Assembly (NCBI GenBank): GCA_020137815.1
Contig: CM035355.1
Coordinates: forward strand, 3,472,001-3,536,000
Origin: Hormiphora californensis
Lineage: Eukaryota > Animalia > Ctenophora
Length of the DNA: 64,000 nucleotides
Reading direction: 5' to 3'
Made by a program: the position numbers and the translations under genes. Every line of letters starts with the position of its first letter. The stretch's first letter is position 1. Below the pieces are notes generated by a model that searched no databases, was not told the origin of the DNA, and saw nothing but the letters and a program-made list of their open reading frames with translations. Positions 11,584 through 20,825 of the stretch are shown here, one piece after another.

Positions 11584-13314
11584 CTAACCCCTGAATCGGT
11601 CAGGTGGTTTGACATGAGCTCGAAGCCTGATTCTCCGGTCATTTCCTCCTGTAACTGGCGGAGAGGTTTGGTCTGGAGAAGGTGTTTCCGCTGTATCATG
11701 GTCATCTTCGGGTTGCTCTGGTGATGGAGAAGATGTTTCCACTATCTTTTGGTCAGCTTCGGGTTTCTCTGGTGTTGGCACGATTTCAACTGAAGTTTCG
11801 TTACAATCCTGGTGATCTGCATTTGCATGCTGAACTAGAACTGGCATCATTGGTGGGTTTGATTCGGTTTCCTTCAGTTTCTCCGAATTTTTACACTCTA
11901 CCGTTTTGCCGTTGCGTGCAAATAACTTCAACTTTCCCACACCAATAACCTTGTCTCCTACGCTCATCTTCACTCTGTAGAGGTAGGGGCTGAGCACTTG
12001 GCTCACTGGAAAAGGTCCACTGAATCTAGGCCCAAATTTATGTACTGGGCACGGGATTTTTACCAAAACTTGATCTCCAACTGCTAATTCCGGGTCATTT
12101 AGTCTTTTGTTGAATTGCTTTTTGGCCGCTATTAGGTCTTCATCCACGTTCTGCCTGATTTTGTAACTCAAGTTACAGATTTCTCGGTAGCGGTTGTAGA
12201 CGGACGCTGGAATGCCCATCTGTGGAGTCTTATCCTTTTTATCCATGGGTCGGCGAAGATGTAACGCATCAGGCATGTTTGGTTCTGTGCCAAATACAAT
12301 CCTGTGTGCCGTGAAGCCTGTTCTTCTGGATCTGGTGTTGTTTAGCTTGAAACACACTTGGTCAAGATGCAAATCCCAATCTTTAGGGTTGGACTCGAAC
12401 AGGGTCGCTCTGAGAATTCGATCAATCTTTTTGTTGCTATTTTCAGCACGTCCAGTACTGCGGGCTGAATAGGCTTGGCCGGGTTGAACTTTTACGTTCA
12501 GTTTTTCGAAGAAATCTTTGAATTCTTTGCCATTGAAGTTCTGATGTTGATCACAGATTATTTCTCTCGGCCAACCAAATTTCCAGATCCAATGAGCGAG
12601 AATTTTCTCACGGCTCTCAACGGATGTTTGGGTCTTCGTAGGCACTGCAACTAGAAAGTTTGAATAAACGTCTGTAATTGTTAGGACGTTCTTGTTGCCT
12701 CTTATCGTCGATCCACGGGCTTCTGGAACGATATGATCGATTACAATAACGGCGTTGAACTCGTGACACACAAATGTGGCCATCTCGGCTTGGAAGGTCT
12801 GTTGACGCTGTTTGTTTGAGGCACAATTTACACACTGACCGATGTATAGTCCGACTTGTTTGGGCTGGGCCGGCCAGTAAAAGTTTCTTCGTAGGTGATC
12901 AACTGTTGCACTGACTCCGGCGTGACCTGTGTGGAAGTCATGAGCCTGTCTGATAAGCTCATCTCGCTCCTTCATAGGTACCACAATCAGCCATTTGGAA
13001 TCATTTGTCTTGAGATCGAGCCATTTTCTTTGCAATACACCATCCTCTATCCGGAGGAGCTGGTACTGTTTCCACAAAGACTCTAGATCAGGTGGGGCCC
13101 TGTTGGCTTGTACCACTTGTCTATTCCCGTCACTCACCCATTTTCTCACTAACTTTAGCATGTCATCTTTCTCCTGGACAGTCTCCCAATCAGTCCAGGT
13201 CTTTCCAACTACGGGGATCTGTACACCGCTTTTGCTGGATCGACGCGATCCTTCCGGATCCTGACGGAAAGTGAGATTCTTGCTCTGCGCATAAACAATG
13301 AATCTCCTGCTCAT
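11584..13314 (-). CDS. Gypsy integrase (frameshifted continuation of pol)
   Basis: HHCC zinc motif (HDFHTGH...CVNC), DDE core (VIDH...ICDQ...RAE), GPF motif. Confidence 0.92.
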   Translation of the reverse strand: MSRRFIVYAQSKNLTFRQDPEGSRRSSKSGVQIPVVGKTWTDWETVQEKDDMLKLVRKWVSDGNRQVVQANRAPPDLESLWKQYQLLRIEDGVLQRKWLDLKTNDSKWLIVVPMKERDELIRQAHDFHTGHAGVSATVDHLRRNFYWPAQPKQVGLYIGQCVNCASNKQRQQTFQAEMATFVCHEFNAVIVIDHIVPEARGSTIRGNKNVLTITDVYSNFLVAVPTKTQTSVESREKILAHWIWKFGWPREIICDQHQNFNGKEFKDFFEKLNVKVQPGQAYSARSTGRAENSNKKIDRILRATLFESNPKDWDLHLDQVCFKLNNTRSRRTGFTAHRIVFGTEPNMPDALHLRRPMDKKDKTPQMGIPASVYNRYREICNLSYKIRQNVDEDLIAAKKQFNKRLNDPELAVGDQVLVKIPCPVHKFGPRFSGPFPVSQVLSPYLYRVKMSVGDKVIGVGKLKLFARNGKTVECKNSEKLKETESNPPMMPVLVQHANADHQDCNETSVEIVPTPEKPEADQKIVETSSPSPEQPEDDHDTAETPSPDQTSPPVTGGNDRRIRLRAHVKPPDRFRG

Positions 13315-16300
13315 ATGACCATTCTTTTTCTTCTTCTTCGTTATTTTCAGTCATGACTTTTTCTGGACAGGTGCTTATTTCTTCACAGCTCACCAAATCG
13401 TTGAGTATTTCACAAAGGCCTAGAGTTTCTTCAGAGCCAATACTCTCATGTTGCGGGTGGCTGTCTTCATCTGATTGGGTGGGTGGCTTGTCTTCATTAC
13501 TGAAGTATTCATATTCCGTGACGTACGATGCTGCAGGAAACTGAGTGCTCTTTATGAGAAAGACTTCGCACTCGCTCACACTGTTAACTCGTATTGTCGA
13601 CAGAGATATGTCTTCAGAGGAATCTTCAGTAGACATGTACGTTCCTGTATCCACGCTGCTACTCGAGCAGTCTTCATGGTTGGACTCTGTGTCTGCTTCG
13701 GACTCTGTGGAGTTGTGACGATCCTCAGGTATCTTTCGGATGACATCTTGTTGCATCTCTTCGTTGTTTCTATCACATAGATTTACAACCTTGACAACTT
13801 TAGTCAAATCTTCATGGGTCTGAGGTGTCGTTTGTGTTTCGGCTTCGATCTTGGTTGGCGGCAGGCTGAACCTTGACAACCAATCACAAATCTTGTTTTC
13901 CGGGCCACTTAAATGCTGGAGTTTGAAGTTGAACTCGGCTAACTTCATAACTTTCTTGGTTACCGCGTTGTCTGGCTTCGTGAACAGGGTACCTTCGGCT
14001 TTTACCAAGGATAAACAGTCTGTTATGACGACAAACTGTTTCACGTTATAAAGATATATGGTCCAGTGCTGGATTGCTGCGAACAGAGCCTCGAACTCCA
14101 GCTTCGTCTGTCCCCGTGCTCTCTTGTACTCGGGGAGAGCTCGGCTGTAGTAAGCGACAATCCTTCGTTCTCTACCACCTTCAGGTGTATCCAATTCCTG
14201 GGATAGGGAGGCGCCTAAACCTTTCTCACTGGCATCTAGTGTGACCTCGTAGGAGCTGTAAGGATCTTCTGGATTTGGTATTGCAAGCTGTGTACTTTCC
14301 GCGACGAGTTGCTTCAGCTTCGCATAAGCTTCACTACATTCCTTTGTCCATTTGAATTTCTGCTCCTTTCCTCCGCGTATGGAAGCGAATATTGGCTTAC
14401 TGATGGAACTGTATCCTGGAATCCATTTCCTAACGTAGTTTAATGCACCCATCGCTTGCATCACTTCTTTCTTTGAGTCAGGTTCGCGGAGTGCTAGGAG
14501 GTCGGCTACACGGTCTTCAGTGATACTTATACCGCCACCACTGACACGAACTCCAACAAAATCAACTGCATCTCTCATCAGCTGACTTTTGTCCGGTGAA
14601 ATTTTGAGGTTCGCACCGTACAATCTGGAGAGTAGCCGTTCCAATCGATCCAGATGTTGGTCAACTGTGACCGAAGACAGGAGGAGGTCGTCCACAAATT
14701 GGACAACCTGTTCAATCGGGAGGGATCCGAGCAGACGATTCATCATATCACAGAAGGACGGTCCGGATGATCGATGTCCCATCACTGTCTTCGAGAATGC
14801 GTACTGGGTGTTCTTATACAGGAAGGCAGTGATCTGTTTCGAGGATTCATCATAGGGAAGCTGCCAGTATCCTCGGGTGAGGTCAAAAGAAGAAAATATC
14901 TTGTCCTGGCCGATTTTATCCAAGACATGATCCAAATGAGCCAATGGGAAGTTTGCTGGCATACACATCTTGTTAACGTTCCTTAGGTCGCACACAAGCC
15001 TGTAACGCTGAGGCTGCCCTTTAGGTGTTTTCTTTCGTACCAGGAATGTTGGTGAGTTCCAATCTGACCGTTGCGGAAGGATCTCCACCACATTCGTTTT
15101 CACCATCTCATCGATTGTTTTCTGCATCTCCCCCTCAAGCTTGTATGGGCAAGGGAATGGAGGGGTCCACTGAGGTGTAGCCCCTTCCTTCAACTTGATC
15201 GTAGCTTTGTACATATTGCAGGAACCGAGATCGTACTCATCGTATGCAAAACAGTCCCTGTGTTCCCAAATGATGTCTTGTAGATCTTGAGCCTGTTGTT
15301 TCGTGAGGTTCCTGGATGCAGTTTTTACTTTTAGACGCTCGAATAGTTCTTCCTTTGTCCATTTCTCGACTTCCGGTTCCTCAGACTCACGGAGAAATTG
15401 GATTCGGTCTTCCCATTCCACTCTAGAATAAGGGTCGTACTCTGGCACTGGGCGGAATTTAGCGGCTTTATCACCCCTTTGGAGGGTTATCGGCTCCTCG
15501 CTAAAGTTCAAAACTCTCATGGGAATGTCTCCTTCCATAGCTTCGGCAATTGCGTCACCAATGAGTAGGCCATTATTTTTCCGTGACCAATCAGTTGAGA
15601 CAAGACCGATCGTATCACCTAGACAATCTTCCTTCAGGGATCCTACGACATACCCCATAGTATGAGGTGGTATTGTGGTAGTTTCTCCCCACCTTATCTG
15701 GAGAATCTTCTTGGTGCTTCTTGGTCTTGGCAGGAAAGGTACTGGTTCACCATTTGGGACTCTTAGTTCAGCGTTCGTATAGTCCAAGGCGGCTCCTGTA
15801 CTACGACAGAATGGGTCACCTAATAGAATATCTGTATCCATTCCTTCGCACACCACGAAGTTGACCAGATTAATGGTGGCTCCTCCGACTATCATATTCA
15901 AGGAGATGGCGCCTCTACAAGGTATCCGATTTCCGCTGAAATCTCTCAACTTTCTTTCTGTCTCACGGATCTCCGATACTAGCCCGTATTTACATACAGT
16001 TGTCCAGTTAATAAGGTTAACTTGGCTTCCTGTATCGATGAACATGCGCACCGGGTGTTTAGTTTGATCCTCACACCATGCGGGGCCATGGATGAGTCCG
16101 TTTACAATAATTTCTTGAGATTTCCGTATTTCTTCTCCAGAGAGGGCTTTCACTTTCGCTGCCTTGCTCCTCTTGTTTCTCTTTTTCTTCCGTTTGGTCT
16201 TGGGTTCAGGGATAACATCGTCCTCATTGTTGCCCTCGACCTCAACCACTGCTGAACTATCGACTATTTCATTTTTCTCATCGCTCACGTCAGTGTGGGA

Positions 16301-16750
16301 TTGATTCTTCTCCTGCTTTCGGATGACCACTTTTTCCGTTTTCTTTGTTCTTGGGGAAGACTTAGGAGTGATTACGAGTTCCTTTGAGTCCACATCAGAT
16401 GCTGTGGAAAGACCTTTATCATTCTCATCGGGTGCTACTTCGGTACCCGCTACAGCTTGTGTACTGTTTAAAGATGTTGCTGTATCTCCTTCTTCCTCTC
16501 TAGGATACACCTTGTCTGATCGTGGTGAATCCCAGACGCATTTTACCGGCACAGATTCGGGTGTGGTCACCCTGTTTTCCTCGATTTCCTTCTTCTGTGC
16601 CGGGGTCACTGTCCGCTCAATTAATTGGCGCGGCCGGAGTTCTGGTGTGTGTCCGCGTTGTGAAAATCTCCGACCGCTCTCTCGTTTAACTGCCATCCTC
16701 GGTTCTGGCAATTTCTGCTGAGGTGTCCATTCTGATGACAAACATAGCAT
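13190..16750 (-). CDS. pol: Gypsy pol: aspartic protease, reverse transcriptase, RNase H
   Basis: FIDTGS; LVCDLRNVN, SFDLTRGYWQ, FVDDLL; LDASEKGLGASL, TDC, NKICDWLSR. Confidence 0.95.
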   Translation of the reverse strand: MLCLSSEWTPQQKLPEPRMAVKRESGRRFSQRGHTPELRPRQLIERTVTPAQKKEIEENRVTTPESVPVKCVWDSPRSDKVYPREEEGDTATSLNSTQAVAGTEVAPDENDKGLSTASDVDSKELVITPKSSPRTKKTEKVVIRKQEKNQSHTDVSDEKNEIVDSSAVVEVEGNNEDDVIPEPKTKRKKKRNKRSKAAKVKALSGEEIRKSQEIIVNGLIHGPAWCEDQTKHPVRMFIDTGSQVNLINWTTVCKYGLVSEIRETERKLRDFSGNRIPCRGAISLNMIVGGATINLVNFVVCEGMDTDILLGDPFCRSTGAALDYTNAELRVPNGEPVPFLPRPRSTKKILQIRWGETTTIPPHTMGYVVGSLKEDCLGDTIGLVSTDWSRKNNGLLIGDAIAEAMEGDIPMRVLNFSEEPITLQRGDKAAKFRPVPEYDPYSRVEWEDRIQFLRESEEPEVEKWTKEELFERLKVKTASRNLTKQQAQDLQDIIWEHRDCFAYDEYDLGSCNMYKATIKLKEGATPQWTPPFPCPYKLEGEMQKTIDEMVKTNVVEILPQRSDWNSPTFLVRKKTPKGQPQRYRLVCDLRNVNKMCMPANFPLAHLDHVLDKIGQDKIFSSFDLTRGYWQLPYDESSKQITAFLYKNTQYAFSKTVMGHRSSGPSFCDMMNRLLGSLPIEQVVQFVDDLLLSSVTVDQHLDRLERLLSRLYGANLKISPDKSQLMRDAVDFVGVRVSGGGISITEDRVADLLALREPDSKKEVMQAMGALNYVRKWIPGYSSISKPIFASIRGGKEQKFKWTKECSEAYAKLKQLVAESTQLAIPNPEDPYSSYEVTLDASEKGLGASLSQELDTPEGGRERRIVAYYSRALPEYKRARGQTKLEFEALFAAIQHWTIYLYNVKQFVVITDCLSLVKAEGTLFTKPDNAVTKKVMKLAEFNFKLQHLSGPENKICDWLSRFSLPPTKIEAETQTTPQTHEDLTKVVKVVNLCDRNNEEMQQDVIRKIPEDRHNSTESEADTESNHEDCSSSSVDTGTYMSTEDSSEDISLSTIRVNSVSECEVFLIKSTQFPAASYVTEYEYFSNEDKPPTQSDEDSHPQHESIGSEETLGLCEILNDLVSCEEISTCPEKVMTENNEEEEKEWSYEQEIHCLCAEQESHFPSGSGRIASIQQKRCTDPRSWKDLD

Positions 16751-18060
16751 AGACCGTTGGCTCGATCATGTTCTCTCGTTCCAGGCACTGACGATGTGGC
16801 TTGTCTTCTGTTACCAGTTGTGAATGTCTGGGGTCGGAAGTTCATGGTCTGCTGATTCTGCATCGGGTTAACATCGGTTTGGATAGTGCTCGCTAGCACG
16901 GGACAGTTTCTGGCTTCATGTAGGTCTTGACCACATATTTGGCAAGTTATCTTGAACCTACAGTTTGCTTCCGTGTGGTTCGTCTTCTTACAGAACTTGC
17001 ACGGATTCCAACTCTTTCTCTGGTAAGGCTGGTTTTGGCTCATTCGTCCGTCACTCCGAATTGCATAAACAGTGGCTCCATAATCAGCACCGCCTCTCTT
17101 GAAGATTTTGTTCTGCGTCGCTGCTCTCTCAGCTTCTGCAACCAGAGTTTCAAAAGCGACGTCCTGTTTCTTCCAGTCACAGACATCCTTAGCAACATCA
17201 CGGTCATGAAGACCATCTTGTAGAGCGTCTATCTTGTTTGCGTTCACACGATCATCGGACTCACCTGGGAACGCAAGCTCTGCTGCCCGATGGATTCTCT
17301 CTGCAAAGTCAGATACCGACTCGTGTTCATCCTGTTTAATGTCCTTCAGTTCTAAACGATTTGTCTCAGCAATGGCAGCGTCATTCAGGATAGCATCACG
17401 GATGAATTGTAGCAACTTGTGTGGATTGGCCATTTCTTCTTGGCTGAACTTCAGACGGCGTATCCGATCATAGGTGGCATCGCACTTTAAGCAGTTAAGT
17501 AGGATTCCACGCACATCCTGAGGGTTCTCGGTCGCCATTGACAGATAATCTTCAAATCTCTTCAGGTACGATTTCAGACTATTCCCTTCCTTGAACTTTG
17601 GTGGTTTTATTCCGGAGGGAGGGGTTCTGTATCTGTTTTGGTCGACTTGAGTTGGTTGGACGTTCCGTTGATCTGCTACTGGTCGACTTGCTGGAACTAC
17701 CACGGGGTTTCTGGGCACGTTTGGGTTGTTAGATGACGTGCTTCGGCAACTCAGAGCTCTTGATCGGTCCAAAGTTCGTGACATTCTTTTCTCTGGTATC
17801 CTGGGCTTATCTTCAGGGATTCGGAAACTTTGCTCTCGTTGTGGAGAACTTGACACGATTCTTGACGCAAATGCATGTCGCGAGGTCAGTGGTTTCCGTT
17901 CTGGCTCAACTCGCGAAATGTCCAAATCTGCCAGGTATGTTTCTAGTGGGCGCTGGTCGAACGGAGTTTGGTCACCGCCAATCGAGAAGAGGTCAATTGT
18001 GTCCCACTGTGACAATGGCTCTTGGCTCAGGCTGACATTACTGACGTGATTCCGTGACAT
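16621..18060 (-). CDS. gag: Gypsy gag with three CCHC zinc knuckles
   Basis: CKFCKKTNHTEANC, CQICGQDLHEARNC, CYVCHQNGHLSRNC; capsid-like motif Q...ESVSDFAERI. Confidence 0.92.
   Translation of the reverse strand: MSRNHVSNVSLSQEPLSQWDTIDLFSIGGDQTPFDQRPLETYLADLDISRVEPERKPLTSRHAFASRIVSSSPQREQSFRIPEDKPRIPEKRMSRTLDRSRALSCRSTSSNNPNVPRNPVVVPASRPVADQRNVQPTQVDQNRYRTPPSGIKPPKFKEGNSLKSYLKRFEDYLSMATENPQDVRGILLNCLKCDATYDRIRRLKFSQEEMANPHKLLQFIRDAILNDAAIAETNRLELKDIKQDEHESVSDFAERIHRAAELAFPGESDDRVNANKIDALQDGLHDRDVAKDVCDWKKQDVAFETLVAEAERAATQNKIFKRGGADYGATVYAIRSDGRMSQNQPYQRKSWNPCKFCKKTNHTEANCRFKITCQICGQDLHEARNCPVLASTIQTDVNPMQNQQTMNFRPQTFTTGNRRQATSSVPGTREHDRANGLCYVCHQNGHLSRNCQNRGWQLNERAVGDFHNADTHQNSGRAN
16630..16690 (-). 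promoter_or_regulatory. Putative -1 ribosomal frameshift signal between gag and pol
   Basis: G_UUA_AAC in the gag frame, 6-nt spacer, then a 10-bp stem GCGGUCGGAG/CUCCGGCCGC; pol lies in the -1 frame. Confidence 0.75.
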
Positions 18061-18086
18061 CAGTAAACGTTTTGAAGCTCACCAGT

Positions 18087-18523
18087 TGGTGTAAAGTAAG
18101 GACGTTCGAAAGGGGGCGTTTGGAAAGGGACGTTCTTGGGGTGGTTTCGTGACACGTATGGGGCGTACCCGTCAGCTGGAGCGTAAAGGCGAAAGTAAAC
18201 ACGTTGTCTTTTATCTTGTGAATGTAAAAGTAACGGTAAAGGATTGTTACAGTTCAGTTGACTAAGAGAACACACGCTTTTGAAAGTTGCTTCGCTCCGA
18301 CAAACGAAAACTCACTCTCAAAACATCAATCGCTCTTCTCTCTCAGATCTCAGAAAACGCGCGCGCGTGTCACCAAAGCGACACACACGCGCGCGCGAAG
18401 ATGCTGTGCTTTTAATAGAACTCAGCGTCAAAACAAGCACCTTCGCGATAGGACACAGACACAAACACACATTCTCACACACACGCACACACAAACACAC
18501 AGGGCTGGCCCAGTTCTGCACCA
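18087..18523 (-). repeat. 5' LTR
   Basis: Direct repeat of 9798-10234. Confidence 0.97.
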
Positions 18524-19118
18524 ATCCGATCTTTACAGCAGTGACGTCACGGGGTGACGTCATTGCGACAAAAAGACTTACATTTTTCAAACGCTTCTAA
18601 GACCCTAAAAACGGCTCTAAATCAAAAAACTAACGCAATAGTGGGGAAAGAGAATCGTTTGAACTTCATTTTACTTGCTAGCGATTTCCCGTAACTCAAT
18701 GTTTAAGGGTCGTAAATCGCGTCGGGAAAGTTAAAAATGCCAAAAATACGATATTTTTCACCGTAGCCACCCAAAATCTTATCCAATCGATATGAAACTT
18801 GGTCGGTATGTGAATTTTAATGTCCTTTGGCCAGGGGTTCCCGAAAAACGGATTGGCAAGATGAGAACTGACCGGAGTTCTTATAATTCTAAATTCACGA
18901 ATTTGGAATTTTTCGTCGACTTTTTTTTGGCGACAAAAAACGCGAGGAAATTCTCAATGAATTTTAAAATTTTACACTGTAATTCTAGGTTCCGCGCGCG
19001 GCGTAAAAAAGCAGCGCTTTTTTGGAAAAATTCGCGCGTTACAGTAAATGATTTACCCGCCTCGCCAAAATTGTAATGGCCGTTTTTTCAAAAACCCAAG
19101 GTGTATGATATAGTAAAA

Positions 19119-19504
19119 AAATCCATTTTTTTTTCAACTGTTCACCCCCCAAAATTGTGCGCGGAATTGTTTTGCGCGTTTATCACATGTTAACGTGTAG
19201 CGCGCGCAGCGTAAATTTAAATATCGCACGCGCACGAGTTGAGGGGTGAACAGTTGAATAAAAATGGACTTTAGGAGCGGTTAGATCACCACGTGGTTAA
19301 AGTCGCATGCCACCCCTTTTTGCGCATTGTCATAGCTCCTCGCATCCAATCATTATCCCTCAAGTTTTCGCTTCTCCTTGAGGAGATCTACAGGTTTGAT
19401 GAAGTTCACTTTTGGATTGGATGCAAAATGAAGCCGCGCCGTGAGAGTAACCTGAGATTAGGGTGGCGCGCGACTTTCTGCACGTGCTGATCTAACCGCT
19501 CCTA
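19119..19504. mobile_element. Two adjacent small MITE-like inverted-repeat units (19119-19272; 19272-19504)
   Basis: First: tccattttt..caactgttcacccc / ggggtgaacagttg..aaaaatgga, related to 21871-22025. Second: 24-bp TIRs taggagcggttagatca.cacgtg. Confidence 0.7.
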
Positions 19505-19748
19505 CTATGAGACTCATTGCTCTAAGGAACAAACAAATTATCTTTTAAAAATCAAACACAAATGTCACCGGTTATATGAGGATAAATTACCATTTACCAG
19601 GTCACGGGTTCCCAGCAAACGGGTACACTAGTACAAGATTAAAAATATTCTTCGTCGCTTTACCGTCAAAAAGTTAAAAACAACAAAACTAGTCTCTCCA
19701 CATCATTTTAGGTTGCCTCTCTCTCGGCACCCCGGAACAAACCCCATT

Positions 19749-20588
19749 TTAGGCGGGTGGAAGGTCATTCCAATCGATAGCTTTCCTGCCGTGTTCTATC
19801 AGATACTTGTTAGCAGCTGAGAAGTGTCCACACTCAAAGAAACCCCGGTGTGCGGAGAGGGGGGAGGGATGGACTGAAGACAAAATCAGATGCTTCTTTC
19901 TGTCAATGAGACCTTCTTTCTGTTTTGCAGGACCACCCCATAACATGAACACACAGTTGTTCAGCTGCTTACTTACCTGCTTAATTACTCCGTCCGTAAC
20001 TCTCTCCCACCCTCGACCCTTGTGAGAGTTCGCCTTGCTCTTCTCTACTGTTAGGACAGCGTTGAGTAACAACACACCCTGGCGAGCCCAACCAATCAGG
20101 TATCCATGGCCAGGATCAGTGAAATTGTCAATATCTTTTGCAAGAGTTTTGTAGATGTTTTTGAGGCTTGGTGGTGGGTTAACACCCATTTTAACACTGA
20201 AACACAGTCCGTGAGCCTGATTTGGACCATGATACGGATCCTGGCCGAGAATGACAACTTTAACGTCCTCGAATTCGCAGTGTCGAGACCAGGAAAACAC
20301 TTCCCGGGGTGTAGGGTAGATTGTTTTAGATTTCCGCTCGTTTTCGACAAACTTTTGCAGTTCTCCAAAATAAGGTTTCCGGATCTCTTCCAAGAGACAG
20401 TTACTCCAACTTTGACCAATGGCAAGAGTTTCTAGATCTGGATCACTAGCCAGCTTAGCGATCTTCGGGGGAGGCTGTTCCATGGCTGCCGTTTCCGATG
20501 GCCGTTTCGGCTTGAAAAACGTTGACAGACTTTGCTGAGGCATATTCCTATTCGATAGGATTGTGGTAAGGGTTCTTGCAAGCTTCAT
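19749..20588 (-). CDS. UNG: Uracil-DNA glycosylase, family 1, intronless
   Basis: GQDPYH, GLCFSV, LLLNAVLTV, HPSPLS; N-terminal PIP-box-like QQSLSTFF. Confidence 0.97.
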   Translation of the reverse strand: MKLARTLTTILSNRNMPQQSLSTFFKPKRPSETAAMEQPPPKIAKLASDPDLETLAIGQSWSNCLLEEIRKPYFGELQKFVENERKSKTIYPTPREVFSWSRHCEFEDVKVVILGQDPYHGPNQAHGLCFSVKMGVNPPPSLKNIYKTLAKDIDNFTDPGHGYLIGWARQGVLLLNAVLTVEKSKANSHKGRGWERVTDGVIKQVSKQLNNCVFMLWGGPAKQKEGLIDRKKHLILSSVHPSPLSAHRGFFECGHFSAANKYLIEHGRKAIDWNDLPPA

Positions 20589-20702
20589 TTAAGCTAATGT
20601 GAGTATTTTTAAGCAGTCCATCACGGCTCACGGCGACATCAAGCAAAAAAAATGATTTTGAAAAATCAAAATGTTCTGAGTTAAGATTTTCAAGCTGAAA
20701 AT

Positions 20703-20737
20703 ACTTGAAACTTGAAACTTGAAACTTGAAACTTGAA
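20703..20737. repeat. (acttgaa)5 heptamer repeat
   Basis: Five tandem copies between the ORF1-like ORF and UNG. Confidence 0.9.
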
Positions 20738-20825
20738 AATAAATTGAGGCTATCAAACAAATGACCACCTTTCAACTCAACTGTCCTTTCCTCGCTCACC
20801 ACTTCTAAACTCAACAAATTTAATT

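Larger units (their letters stand above)
9798..18523 (-). mobile_element. Full-length Ty3/Gypsy LTR retrotransposon
   Basis: Two 437-bp LTRs (TGGTG...CACCA); 4-bp TSD atcc (9794-9797, 18524-18527); gag followed by PR-RT-RH-IN; PBS-like TGGTGAGC 2 nt inside the 5' LTR. Confidence 0.97.
9648..19631 (+). mobile_element. Non-autonomous Helitron-like element interrupted by the Gypsy insertion
   Basis: 5' a|TCCATATAATAAA...tcagtctgtccgt; 3' weak hairpin cccagcaaacggg then CTAG|t; A-T insertion site without TSD; sequence is continuous across the LTR element's TSD. Confidence 0.6.

Noticed and set aside
19749-20588. Viral or horizontally acquired UNG
   Set aside because: It has a eukaryotic PIP box and presequence-like N-terminus and no viral neighbours; lack of introns alone is insufficient
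20703-20737. 3' tail of the ORF1-like element
   Set aside because: It reads (tttcaag)n on the ORF strand, and there is no ORF2 remnant or TSD to tie it to the ORF
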